Shown here in pieces: positions 50,031-62,655 of a stretch of 64,000 bases of DNA (within the stretch, counting starts at the first letter, position 1; each line of letters starts with the position of its first letter). The notes under the pieces were generated by a model. That model worked only from the letters and a program-made list of their open reading frames with translations. It was not told the origin of the DNA and searched no databases. The DNA comes from Phoronis australis (lineage: Eukaryota > Animalia > Phoronida). The DNA is taken from contig NMRA01000929.1 in assembly GCA_002633005.1 (NCBI GenBank), positions 32,210-96,209 of the forward strand. Direction: 5' to 3'. The position numbers were made by a program, and so were the translations under genes.

Positions 50031-52394
50031 GTTCTGAACACATTCTGCGTAACCACATACAATGTAAAAGGGTCTTTTCACGAAGTCAAATTGTTCCCCT
50101 TTGCCATCTGCTGCGAAGACAAAGTAACTTCTCGTTCAGCTAGGTGGCGATATGAGTCACCAATCCCATATGATTAACCCCCATTACTTCCTGAAAGTCT
50201 CCCATTATCAAAATTTCCCTGTTTCATTTTTCAAAGGTTTTTAATATTTTTGCGTATGCTCAAATATTTTCAAAATTTTGTCTTGTGGTAGCTCCAACAC
50301 AGAGGTTGAACATGGAAAATGTACATTTGGTACTATATGTCTTTTATGAAAAAATAAGAAAATGAAATTTCACTTGCCATCTAGTGTCCTGGTGAGATTT
50401 TATGGAAGTCGCCACTTTAAGGCAAACTACAGCAAAAAATGAAACCTGGCTTGTTTCTTGATAAGTAGCACTGAGAGATGCTTCATCCTTCTTACTTGTA
50501 TGTTATAGCAACCAATAGTCAATGCTTGGTACAATTTTGAACATTTACAGCAATGGTAATGGCCGTTAACCAGTGGAAAAGACCAATTTTAATTGAAAGC
50601 TATATTTAGCGCCACCTCGTGGTGCATGATCTTAAGGCACACAGCAGGAAAGCATCAGCTATGCCATGTAAGGAAGAATCTCAATCCTTCTCCTCAGTTT
50701 AAAGATGGATTCCTCCATAACATGCTTCAAGCATTCATTTGTAGCTCATAATACATTAATATTTTAAACTACTTTCCTAACAGTTCACATTTCTACGAAG
50801 GCTGGTGACTTAAATTAATCAAGATTGTTGTGAATGCCGCCAATTTCTCAAGACCTTGTTTCCCACAACTTATCTGTTCTGAAAATATGCCACATTCTGT
50901 CCGGATATTGGGGAGATTTTACCATGTCTACTTAATATGAATGAGTCACCCCATCACTGAATGCAATACAAAGGCTGACATTTCCTTTTTACAAAAACAA
51001 CCATTTTTCATTGTTTCTCTGCACCTGGCACTCTTTACGTAAACATGGTGGTAGCATCATTTAATTGTATGTTTTTGCCAATTGATGGCTAATATTTCAC
51101 TATTGACAACTGTGGCTCAATTCAAGTTAGCATCGCCATTCAATGAAAACAATTTCCGAATTCATTCATCAAAACAATGATGCTGTTTCATCAAATTATA
51201 ACTTATTGTAACTTCCATATTCCATGAACAAAAAAAGAAAAAATAATCAGATTGGTCATCTTCTGTGTGTATCAACTCATTCCTGATAACAAGACAGTGC
51301 CAATATTTTTCAAAGTGCTCGCGACAGATAGCTATTAAAATGGAAATTAATTTTGTCTTTACATATGGACGTGACCGGGTAAGATAGTTAATAACACGTA
51401 GAGCATAAAAAATGCATTATCTATGGCCTTATTAGGTTAAATGTTGCCAAGCGTGTAGATGATTGAAATTGTTGTGGATCAAAGGAGCGTACTGATCATT
51501 ACACTGGATCAAGGGAGTCGAAGCATGTAAGCAGCAAGACTCATTCATCTATCATACAGGAGGCACGGATCAATTTGAACTAGGATTTTTAAATCTTATC
51601 ATTTTCCACTTGCAGATACTAGTAACTAAGATTGATGTACCTTTTGATGCAAATAATTCACCATAGGAAGATCGATTATGGCGATGGCCTGAGAAATTAA
51701 CTCCGAACAATAAAATGTAGCCAATTTCGGACAGGAAAAATTAGAAAATACATCTTTTTTGTTTTTCAAAGGCTTCTAAACATTGTTGTGAATGCTCGCA
51801 CATTTTCAAAACATTGACTGATGGTAGCTATGGTACACAAGTTGAGATTGATTACGGTGGCATTTCTTGATGCAACTCATCTTTAATGAAAAAATAAAGT
51901 TTCACGTGTCCTCCATATTGTGTCCTAAATTGGTGAGATTTTACCATATTCTGTGAACACCAACAGGGTATAAAGGACAGAAATGAAAACAACAGTCACA
52001 TCATGTTCAATACAGATACTCGTCCATGACACTTTGAAACTAAAACACAAAGCGGAGGGCATTCAGGTGAACATTCTCGACGAAAACATGGTAGCATGTA
52101 CCCAACTACCAATTTGACGACTAACCGTAATGCTATGTGAGCTTCTCCATGAGTGATAGTCAAACAACATTGACTGAGAAAAAACAAAAATTACTGCTTT
52201 TGGGATCTGAAATTGTGCGAGGTGCTCACAAACCTAGAACAGACCTAGACTGGTGACAATTTACAATCTACTAGGTAATAACAAATAACATACTCTTCGG
52301 GTATGTCCAGGTTGCTTAACTATAAATTGACAAATTCAAAAATTGTGTGGTGGGCATTAAGCCGAAAATTGATGAGAAGTCTGGGGAAGACACT

Positions 52395-52834
52395 GGACCG
52401 TTCATACTGGCTTCGATAGTTAATGAACATCGAAGTAAACTGTAGGTGATGCTGTTGTCATCAAAGTTATCGCAAGGTAGCGCTGCACGCTAAGATTTTT
52501 TTCTATGTGACAATTTCGGAACATTTACATTTGCTAATTGACATAAAACGTATTTTTATATCGATTCGTGATTATTAGAGCAAAATATAAGCAACTATTA
52601 ACAATAGCATCACCTGCAATTGTTGACAATAACAGTGGCACCTGGTGATAACTTCGATAGGATCGAAGTTGACCGTTCATACTGCACCGCAGTGTCGATG
52701 CCCGGCTCTTAAATCCACCTGTTTAGCGCAAAGTTAACTGGCACTGTTAACTTCCATCCAGGACCGCAGTTAAGCTTTCATAGTGACCGCAACTCCCCAA
52801 AATATCGACCTGTCGACGTTAGTATGAAAGGCCC
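52395..52834 (+). mobile_element. Harbinger/PIF-like MITE family D
   Basis: Ends GGACCGTTCATACTG and TAGTATGAAAGGCCC. Third copy in the window. Confidence 0.8.
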
Positions 52835-53734
52835 TTTTAGACGATATCTCTCATCAAAATGTGAATATGCAAATGAAGTACTAGTTTACAAACAACCCCG
52901 GATCTTCCGGTGTGCTGGAAACCATCCATGAACCAGTTACCATCTCGCGAAAGTCTGCTTTTGTGAGACTGTTTTTTATGCAAATGAGTGTGGTAATATT
53001 ACATCGTTACCTAATGAAACAAGGCACAGATTTTATTTGTTTATTTCACTATTAAATATCGATTGCGTACTATTTGGAATTATTATGTTTATTATATGTT
53101 AACACTTGTTTTTAAGTGTATAAGCTGTGGTGTTTTCTTTAAAACCGCAATTTCTTTACAATTTGTTTCTTTCCTGATTATACTTGTACAGCAAGTCACT
53201 GAGTGGCGCTTGATACAAACTTGACATAGCATCTGTAATCATTTCTGCACTTACACAATGAAATATTGGAATGAGCATGAGCCAACAGAAACATTTTATA
53301 CCCCTTCAAAAAATGGCAAGTAGCCACTCAAAAACTGATTGTTTGCTCAAAAAGGTAAATTGCAAATATTTTAGGGGCTAAACTTGTGAGATGAGTGCAA
53401 ACACAGACACTAGCATTTTAAGTAAGTCTACATTCTTCTCCTTTATTTAAATCTAAATTGATTATAATGAATCGCCTGGAACTCGCAAGATTGCCATACT
53501 TCATTGGTGACTCGGAGAAACTAACTGGCAGAGAGGGGGGAGGTGACCAGCACTATTCGGTGGCTTGGTCTGACGCGATGACAACTAGTCAGTTTTTAGC
53601 AAGCCCAGAAGCCATTTCTTATATTAGTAACGAACAACAGGAGCGTGATTTTATAACAGCAATTGGCCTCAACCAACACTTTTTTGACAGAAAGAGGGGG
53701 CTTATTGCTCCATAAAGTACCCGTAGAACAACTT

Positions 53735-54213
53735 CAGGGCTTGGAATGACCAATAACAAAATACGCGGAAATTTTACGGCCCAAAACATGCGCTACCCAG
53801 CCTTGAAATAATCGACGTGAACCTATCGTCGACAAAAATCGGGAGGACTAAAAAAAAACAAAAAACATTACCATCATCAGTAGCATGCATCTGCGTCTTT
53901 TTAGCTCGACCGCCCACTCCCACCCTCACACATTTTTGGCTGCAGAGCCGTAGTATTTGTCACCGCCGTTTACAATCACATGAGACGCCATTGAAAATCC
54001 CACCACGCTATCCCAGATGCCCCGGCAATGTTGACAATTTTTACATTCCTACAAAACATAAAGAGCAACTTCCGCTTTACGAGGTGAACGTCGTCGGGAA
54101 CGCCGCTGTAAGAAAGGAATTTGCCGCGGAAATTTTATATCAAATCCGATTTTTTAACGCGGAAATATAATAAAATGTGGGGACAGAACATTTGAAAAAA
54201 GCGGAAATCTGCG
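53735..54213 (+). mobile_element. hAT-like element fragment fused to the truncated Gypsy end
   Basis: CAGGGCTT start and four GCGGAAAT subterminal motifs. No matching right TIR. Confidence 0.45.
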
Positions 54214-56300
54214 CCAGTAGGCTTCACGTAGTTTGTGTTTCATCCGGCGAATGCCGGGGTGGCCTACATGTGCCATCTGTAGGATTTGCTGCCGGAGGCT
54301 CGTAGGTGCAACAACGCGTGTAATAGCAGGGGTGTCTGAGAGCTGTCCCGTACCAAGTAACCATCTTCTAGCGACAGTTCGTTACGAACTTTGTAGAAAC
54401 GGTATAGAGCCGGAGACAGGTTTGTTCTGGAAGGCCATCCATTGCGTACGTAACTGGTGAGCAGTTCATAAGTGGGGTCTTTGCTGCAGGCAGAGCAAAT
54501 AGCGTCTAATGAAAAACCGTCATTACTCGCAGTAGCGATGATAGCTTTGACGGAGGCGTCACTTTGTGTAGTTAAGCGACTTAAATAGTCAGCGGAAACA
54601 CTGTCTTGTCCTTTTCTGTACTCTAGGGTATAATTGAAAACGGCAAGGCGGTCCTTCCAACGAATGAATTTACCGCGTTTTCTGCCTGTGCCGGTTTGAC
54701 TCAGCATTGACGTAAGTGTTGAGTGGTCTGTGCGAATTGTGAAATGTCGTCCTAGCAAGAACTTCTCCTAGTACTCCGAGAAGTGAACGACGGCAAGGGC
54801 TTCACACTCATTTACTGCATAGGAGCGCTGGCGCTCATCAAGTGTTTTGCTGCCAAAAAGAATGGGCACTTCCTTTCCGTTTTGGGTGTGTGACAGCACA
54901 GCACCAAGGCCGACATCAGACGCGTCAGTGGAGAGGATGATGTCGCATGTAGGGTCAAAAAGGTGCAGTTCCAAGTTCTGACAAAGCATGGCTTTTAGCA
55001 TGTCAAATGCCTGCTGGCACTGTGCAGACCACACAAACTTCACATTGTTTCGTGTGAGGGCACGGAGTGGCTCAGGCATCTCAGCAAAATGGTCCAAGAA
55101 ATCTTTGTAGTAGTTGAGTACACCTAGAGATCGTTGCACGTCTTTCAGAGACGTCGGAACAGGTGCATTACGCACCGCGGCAAGGTTTGCAGGGTCGGGT
55201 TTCAATTTGTTGTGGGAGACATTAATGTAACCCAAGTATGGTAACTCTTCAACACCAATGACGCATTTCTTGGGGTTGACACGTAGGTTGTTGTCACTCA
55301 ACCGTTGTAATAGGTTGTCGAGACTGTGGTACAGTTCGTTCCACGTGCGACCCATGACCGCAATGTCGTCCATGTAGGCCTTGCACCCAGGAAGGCCACT
55401 TACAATGTTAGAAATGAGGTGCTGGAAAACTGCAGCACTGTCTGTAAGACCCATAGGCAGGCGGTTGTAGGCATACAACCCCTTGGGTGTAATTGTAGTA
55501 GTAAGCAGACGACTCTCAGTATCGAGCATCGTATTAAAGTAACCCCACCAAATATCAATTTTAGCATAATACTTGGCGCCTTGCAAATCCTGAATGACAT
55601 CGCTGATGACTGGAAGGGGAAATCGAGATGGTATGACTTGACGATTCAGGCCTGTCAGGTCAGTAGTAATACGCACGGAACCATCCGGTTTATCCACAGT
55701 TACCAGCGGGTGTTGCCACAAGGGTCGTTTGTGTGGCTGGATTTTGGACCATATCCCCTGTGCTTCCATTTGGTCGATGGTTAAAATTTGCAGCTTCTGC
55801 GCAGCGGTAATATGGTATTGGCCGCAGGGAGGCACGTATAGGCACAGCATTGGGTTGCAGTTGTATGGTGTGTGCAAAATCAGGAAACAAGCCAATGGTA
55901 GATTCTGTAAGTGTAGGGTATTTGCTTAGCAGACGAATGCAGTCGTCGCGGGTGCGGCAGCTTGTAGTAACGGCTTGAACTGATTGCAGAGGGCCATTTT
56001 TTCCAGCAATAGGCGCACACTGGTTGGGAGTAACGTAGATTGTGAGTGTAGCAGATCTGTCTCCATGATGAACCACAGTAGAAAAGTGACCTCGCATGCC
56101 CTTAATTGTAGTACCATCAAAATTGTTGACTTTAGTATCCATGGGTTTCAATGGCAAGGCCTTAAATGATTTATTATAAAGCCAGTAGGGAACATATGTC
56201 AGGTCAGATTGGGTGTCAACAAGAGCAGACACATGAATCAAAACACCAGCAGGAGTGACTAATTGGAGATCACATGTAAAATCATCCTTGCCAGGGGCTG
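54214..56300 (-). pseudogene. pol: Gypsy pol (protease, RT, RNase H, integrase N-terminus), disrupted
   Basis: Protease ALVDTQSD; RT RLPMGL..YMDD; RNase H TDASDVGLGAVL..ECEALAVV..TDH; integrase AHVGHPGIRRMKHKLREAYW. Spread over several frames. Confidence 0.95.
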
Positions 56301-56339
56301 TGGTATTAGCCCAATGATGGTGTTGATTTGTTTACCACT

Positions 56340-57139
56340 GGAACCTTTCTGCATGCAACAGCAATCATAATTGTCCAGTTCTGTGACAGTTATGACATGT
56401 GGCTATTAGCCAGGTGGTCCTTGGAACCACAGCATAACAGATTTTACTTTGTGGAGTAGAATGTTTTTGTTTAGGGTGCTGTCTTTGATTATGCTGCTGT
56501 GGTTTGTGGCCAGTATGGGTGTGGGGCCTTCTTTTAGCTGCAGCCACTTGAGGATGAGTAACACCATGCTGTCCACTTAAAACTTTGCTGGGTAGTCTCC
56601 TCGTTCTTGGCAATGTCAATAAAATGAGGTAAATCAATGTCCTTTTCTTGAAGAATGTAAGTTTGGGCTTCTTTGTTGTATAATCCCTGAACAAACCAGA
56701 TAGCCAGAAAGTAGTCTGGGTTTCCCTTAAAGTCACAATCACTCTGTAGTGAGCGCAGCGCTTGTAGGAATTCAGAGACGGACTCATTCGGTAACTGAGA
56801 TCTATTGTCAAAATCAAAGTGCGCCCTTACCCGATTTACCGGTCGGCCGAAAATCTCCTTGGTCACCGTCACATAGGCTGGATATGTAGTATTGGCTGAT
56901 TTGTACATTTTGCCATTGGGATGGGCATCCAATTGGGCAATAGCCGTAGGTCCCAGAAACGATCGTAGTAGCATATTTTTTTGTTGATGGGTAAGGTGGT
57001 TGCCTTCCTTTTGGTTAGCGTCCGTTAATACGAAATAGTCCTCCAGCATTTCAAGGAACTGTTCGAACTTGAGAGATGGAGTGTCCAGTCCAGTGGGCCA
57101 GTAAGTTGGCGGTACAGGCACGTGAAAATGTTGAGCCAT
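56340..57139 (-). pseudogene. gag: Gypsy gag, frameshifted
   Basis: ATG at 57139 (MAQHFHVPVPP), FDNRSQLPNESVSEFLQALRSLQSDCDF gag motif, and a decayed zinc knuckle (CHNCHRTG). Confidence 0.85.
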
Positions 57140-57155
57140 TATGAAGTTCTGCTTT

Positions 57156-57168
57156 ATCCTCGTCGCCA
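57156..57168 (-). promoter_or_regulatory. Primer-binding site complementary to tRNA-Ser(GCT)
   Basis: Minus strand TGGCGACGAGGAT lies 2 nt after the LTR end. It is the complement of ATCCTCGTCG-CCA, the 3' end of metazoan tRNA-Ser(GCT). Confidence 0.85.
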
Positions 57169-57170
57169 AT

Positions 57171-57384
57171 TGTTGTGTAGGTGGTAACACAGTAAATTGG
57201 TATAACACTTATATTGCTTGTTGAAAGATAACTACATATAATATGGAAATATTAGTAAATAGGTCTATACACTACGGAGTCCTTTGCCACACTGACTGTA
57301 GAATCTAAGTGAGTCATCTCTGAGACTCATGGCTTCAATGTTCGTGGTTGGCGCACCTTCTAATGGTGTGTGGTCGGCACACCA
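57171..57384 (-). repeat. 5' LTR (outer boundary inferred)
   Basis: TGTTGTGT adjoins the PBS. It ends near CACACCA, where homology to the unrelated repeat at 29142 begins. Confidence 0.6.
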
Positions 57385-58274
57385 AACACCTATGCCAATT
57401 ACAGCGCACAAGAGAAAACCCGTCTATATGTAACCGCAGCTGATAATTACTTTCACACTACCCCACTTTTACGGCCACACAGTATTTAGAAGTGCTATGT
57501 GCCTGTTGGTACGGCTCAAACAAGGGTTTTGCTTAGGGGCGTTATTCTTCGATATTTTCACTTTCTTACACCACAACTGCTTTGCAATGTTTTTTCTCAA
57601 GTACCTACGACAAACGATTTGTTTTCCACTTTTCTTTCGCAATATGTGTAGGCGTCATGTCATATGTGGCTCAGCGGTCACTCTCTAGAGTTAATACAGA
57701 CATGTTAAGAACCACGCACAACTCATACGTACAATTACTAATATACTTATTATTCACACCCAATTTATAACGATTCCTCGACTTATTACAGCAGCAATAA
57801 AAACCTAGTAAATGACGTCAATATGAGATCTTCAGTCAAATGACACATCAAAACACAACATAGTTGAAGTCAAGGCAACAACACATTCACACACACGCGC
57901 GACAACAATTAAATACCAAACACAGACTTGAGAAATAATCAGTTCCAAAACACTAAACACAATTATCCATAAAGAGTGTCATGGTTTAATTCAACGTAAA
58001 GTTTGTTGGGAGATTAGCAATTATAGAGATTTACTGAGAAGACTGTTGAACATATTCTGACCTGAAACGAATCGTTTCAGGTGGGCGCATTTGGAACTCG
58101 TTCAAAATTAAGGTGATTAAAAACCAATCAACCGTGCTTTAGATTAACAAACACTGATTAATTTGCAGGACAAAGTGACGACCTGGAAGCAGGAGTCGAC
58201 ATAATCACTTGGAAACAGGAAGAGCAAACCAGGTTAGCACATACTAGTATGTAAATGGAATGTAGATTTCTTAG

Positions 58275-58419
58275 TTGGTAAAAGTGGAGTAAACAGGTCC
58301 CTCCTGAAATTGGCTACCGGAAACCAGTTTCACTGAATAACGGACATTGCCATTATGCTGTGAAAACTGGTTCTCGGCAGCCATTTTCAAGAGGTACTCG
58401 TTAACTCCATTTTTACCAA
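58275..58419. repeat. ~145-bp imperfect palindrome (fold-back MITE-like)
   Basis: TTGGTAAAAGTGGAGTAAAC..GAATAACGG pairs with CCATTATGC..GTTAACTCCATTTTTACCAA around a 6-nt loop. Confidence 0.85.
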
Positions 58420-59834
58420 TTTCTCAACTGACGTACAGTACAAGACAAAAGTAATCGGACAAAATACCATTTTCCCGCCATGATGACAAGTTCAGCAAAA
58501 ATGACTGGTAATAACTATTAAGACAGCAAATCTCTAATAACAGAATGGCTTCAAGCCACTTTTCTCACTTTCCTTCATCATCTCAGTCATGAGGGAAGAC
58601 CACCATGACGATGAATTCGCTTTCCATCCAATCATCTTGATGAAGATTCCAGGTCATTTGTCTGAATACTTTCGCCTTATACGGTACTAAAGATGAAATG
58701 CTATCGCCATTTGAAATACTAGTTGTTCACCTCATGGGTTTTGTCATGCAATGATTAAAAGAGTTATACTTGCATACTCAAACATAGTTATTTCGTATCA
58801 TTCACAGAAAAAAACTCGTTAAATTAGGGCATGAATGTGGCCAATTAGTTAAATTTCGTTTTCTAATTTTTTCATAAAAACATGTAATACCAAATAAATG
58901 CTATATCATTTTTAAGATCTAAACCATAGCCGTTGAAAAATGAAAGAGCAATTTTAGCAAATATTTCTGTCTAGTTTTGGCAAAATATTTTGGGTTCTTG
59001 ACAGATTGTGTTTTTATTAGAAACTCGCATTGTGGCACCTAATTTGCACAATTCCTGCTGTCATCAATAGGCCTGTTTATCAGGAAATGTGACCTAAGGT
59101 CCTATTGTGAGGAGTAAAGCTATTACCCAGGGCGACATGTTACAAACACTGGCTAGAATAAATTAATATATCATGGACTAAACCTGATCATTTCAACTGT
59201 TTGGCTTCTGAAATTATTTCTTGGATGTATGAAATTCAAGTCAGATGAGATGGGACTAGATTTATCTGGACAGACTGTCAGGGGGAGATAACTCAAGAGC
59301 TGGCACTTTTTCAAGCTCATTTGGCGCTGACTAAGGAACAACAGATAGGTCAGTGTATTTAGCCAAGTACCTGCAAAACAACAGGTTTAACTAAAGAAAT
59401 ACTTTTTTGAAAGTATGGAGCCTGTAGAATTTGCTTTTGGATTTTTACCTTCCTACAATTAATTAGATTGCGTGACCACATCTGTTAAAGATGTATTTGC
59501 ATCCTCTTAACTATGCTAATGTGCAGTAGAGACTAAATGACAGTGCTACTTGAACATCAGATACGGTAAACAAACTGCAATTGTATTCATTGACAACTTG
59601 TAAAAGTGCACTCATACGTAACTTGGGGGCTCACACGACACCAGGTCGCAATACTTACTGGACATGGTTGAGTGATTTGCAGCGGATAATTTGCGACACA
59701 AAACTCGTTCTTAAAAACATTTGGCAACTTTCAACCTACTTCATATTCACATTGTTGCTATATGTTGTGTTTCCAACACACTTGAGCAGGCAATCACATA
59801 GATAAGGAATTAGCCTGCATGTTCCACTTTAAGC

Positions 59835-60238
59835 AACAAGAGCAACACGGAGCGATGAAATACACCTACGAATGCATCACAAATGGTGGGCTTTTAGGGT
59901 TACTTATATCATACAAATGGCCACTAGATGGCACAAAAATGTACAATCCATCCAAAAACGGAAAAATGCCATATTTCATAAAAATCCATCAAGGAACTTC
60001 AGAAAAACAAAAGGAAAACAGAACAGAATGAAATTGCTACTTGTGAGCACAGCGTCCGTTCGATCTGCCTAAAAGTCATTGTATGTTATCTTCATATAAA
60101 TTCACATACTAAATTTAATAAAGATCTTGTAGTGGGGTTTGGAGATACAGTTGTGGGCGAAAAACAAAACTACCACTAGGAGGCGCCACAGTAGTCAGTC
60201 ATCATCATCAAAGCTTCTCTTCACACTGAAAACATATA
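59835..60238 (-). mobile_element. Helentron-like element, stem-loop end of a third copy
   Basis: AACAAGAGCAACACGGAGCGATG, collinear with 3104-3508, with CTCF-like motifs at ~59920 and ~60172. Cut at TA by a family E terminus. Confidence 0.85.
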
Positions 60239-60582
60239 CGGTAAAGTTGCGTGATTTTCGGACGGCCTGCCATTTTCTTATTTTGCTAGAGCTTTGCTAG
60301 TACTATTTGGTAAGCCCAATACATCTAACAAATTTGGTCAAATTCAGTTTAAGTTTGGCTTTAAAGCACTGCTTTCTAATGAGGTATTAACACCAGTTCT
60401 GACTCATCATACCTCCTAATTGTCGGTATGACAACAGACTATGCCAGATCTTTTGATACCAATTAACTGAAACATTAACAAGAGTGTCACAATGGGAGGG
60501 CAGAACTACCAGCACAAATTAGCAAAAGAAGTTGTAAGACTTATTGCTATTAAAGATGGATGACAATGGATGTGCTAGTTAA

Positions 60583-61795
60583 ATGCGAAGGCAACCTTTT
60601 TTCATGTCACTTTTAGCAAAAATAAGGTTCGTTGATTATCCCAGACACATTTTTCACTTAATTACAGCTTTTCGTAATTTGAATAATTTCTCGTCCTCTA
60701 CTCCGGAAGTGACATTTTGGGAGGCAAGAGTTTCGCTCCAATTTCTTTTCATTAAAGTCTGACTATGAGAGCTGTCGAGTCAGTCATTGTTCTACCTCGG
60801 TTGTGATAAGTTCGGTCATCGTTTGCTTTTGTTTACGAGTCAGTCAACATGCCATGCTCTTGCTGCGTGCCGGGATGTACTCATCATCTGCTCACACGCG
60901 CTTTGGGTACCTCGCATCGCTTTCCGAAGGATGACACACTTCGCCATACTTGGCTAGCTCGTTCATGTGAAGAATGCAGCGCTACTCGTCCACGCAACGT
61001 ACAAAGCAGTGGAGGGTTACCGTGTGGCATTTTCTGCCGTCAGATTACGACAGAGATATGTACGCTGAATTGATGAAGGTCCCTGCAAAACAACGCCTGA
61101 AGAAGGGTACCATACTGTCGCTGATGATTCCCGGCAGTGCCCCGTCGCCAACCCCGAGAAGTTCGTTTTTGAAGCGAGAAGCCTCTCGAGCTGTGGCCAC
61201 TATATACAGTGACTGGAGGCACTTCATCTAATGTCACTCGTGCCTCCGAACGTACCCCATAGCGTGCAGTTCCGGGAACGAGCAGTGGTGTCGCCCTGTG
61301 CTGTTGTCTCCAGCCCAGAGCCTGTAATCAGCCCTGCAGCGATGTTGAGTAGTGGAAGAGAATACAGGCCCAGTTCCACACCCAGTGAAGAGGACAGTTC
61401 GTCATCCAATGAACAGATCGGTGAGCCTAAGTTTGATAAGTTTATTGTGGACTTGTATTGGAGCTATTTAGAAGGTGCCAGGTGTGTGGCGAGGGAGTCA
61501 CACGGCAGGATGTAAGCAGTTTGGGTACTCAGATCACCCTCCAGTGGGAGTGNACTTGTATTGGAGCTATTTAGAAGGTACCAGGTGTGTGGCGAGGGAG
61601 TCACACAGCGGGATGTAAGCAGTTTGGTTGTTCAGATCACCCTCCAGTGGGAGTGTGTCGCGGGACACTCGGGCAAGTGGGACAGTTCTTCCTCTGTACG
61701 TGAGACGATAATGAATACACCCCAATACGCATGTCTGGGATAATCAACGAACCTTATTTTTGCTAAAATTGACATGAAAAAGGTTGCCTTCGCCT
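60583..61795 (+). mobile_element. Kolobok DNA transposon, internally deleted
   Basis: TTAA at 60579-60582 and 61796-61799. ~65-bp TIRs A(T/G)GCGAAGGCAACCTTTTTCATGTCA..TTATCCCAGACA. Contains a THAP domain and the start of a transposase. Confidence 0.85.
60849..61705 (+). pseudogene. THAP-domain transposase N-terminus, frameshifted and truncated
   Basis: MPCSCCVPGC..HRFPKDDTLRHTW, frameshift, HFLPSDY..RLKKGTILSL, then LELFRRCQVCG..QWECVAGHSGKWDSS (CxxC..CxxGH..WxS). No DDE core. Confidence 0.8.
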
Positions 61796-61868
61796 TTAAC
61801 ACCAGTCGTAACCCACGTGGACAGTCGGAGTACAATTAGTCTTAAGTCATTATACCCTATGTTTACGA

Positions 61869-62011
61869 CAGTGGCGGATTTAGAGGAGGGCCAAGGGGGC
61901 CATGCCCCCAAAATTCTCCCATATTCCATTTGGCAGTTCGGGGGTGCAAATGTATGGCGGGCAAAATCCTGACTAATACTCTGCGTCCCCCCAACTTAAA
62001 ATCCTCTATCC
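61869..62011. mobile_element. hAT-like GC-rich MITE inserted in the Penelope ORF
   Basis: CAGTGGCGGATTTAG start, related to 13180-13324. Right TIR eroded. Confidence 0.6.
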
Positions 62012-62427
62012 TCTCCTCCGAGAAACTGACCAAAATTTTCCATTAACACCAAATCGCTACGTATCACAAACCGTTTAAAAACCTGAGGAGTCTATTGGTT
62101 CATCCCAAGGACAAAGTCTGTTGATTGCCGTGAATGCGATGTTATTACTCTACAAGATCGACTGCCCTGACTGCAATGCAATTTATGTGAATGAGACTGC
62201 TAGAAACCTCCGAGTCGGAACTAGTATCAAGAAACAGGATTAGTGAACACTTGATACACATCACACAGTATCTCGTCTTAGTGAGAGAGATCAAGTTCCG
62301 GTGTAGAAAGATACCTGAAGCAGTGGAAAGCCGCTGCCACGCTTCATCACTTAACTGACCCAGACTACGATCTTTCCTCCGTCTAACAGAACTTATTCCC
62401 AACGATCAGACATGACTAATGATGAAG

Positions 62428-62572
62428 CATGGACAGCGCAGCACTAAAAAGTGGGGGACCATAGCCCCCCAGTCCCCTGTGGTACACCGTCCATAGATCA
62501 TGGGCGGCGCAGCACTGAAAAAGTGAGGGCTATACCCCCTTCCCCCTAGCCCCCTATGGTGCACGGCCCATG
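62428..62572 (+). mobile_element. 145-bp dimeric mini-MITE
   Basis: Reverse-complement homolog of 44426-44570, flanked by TGAAG/TGACG. Confidence 0.8.
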
Positions 62573-62611
62573 TGACGTAACGGACACAGGCGCGGTTCCA
62601 GTTACCCGGCA

Positions 62612-62655
62612 TTCCACCAGACGAAGGTCTCGAGATGAGACCGAAAGCTAATGGT
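62612..62655 (+). ncRNA. Degenerate minimal hammerhead ribozyme motif of the Penelope element
   Basis: CAGACGA (CTGANGA with one change), then stem II GGTCTC-gagat-GAGACC, then GAAA, located downstream of the GIY-YIG ORF. Confidence 0.55.

Larger units (their letters stand above)
54214..57384 (-). mobile_element. Ty3/Gypsy LTR retrotransposon (Mag-like), frameshifted and truncated within integrase
   Basis: Order is LTR, PBS, gag, protease, RT, RNase H, integrase Zn finger. No catalytic integrase core or 3' LTR. Confidence 0.95.

Noticed and set aside
55326-55784. 152-aa plus-strand ORF
   Set aside because: Antisense to the Gypsy reverse transcriptase, with no independent evidence of coding.
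61451-61655. 102-bp tandem duplication inside the Kolobok ORF
   Set aside because: The two copies are separated by a single n at 61553, typical of an unmerged contig or haplotype overlap in the assembly.
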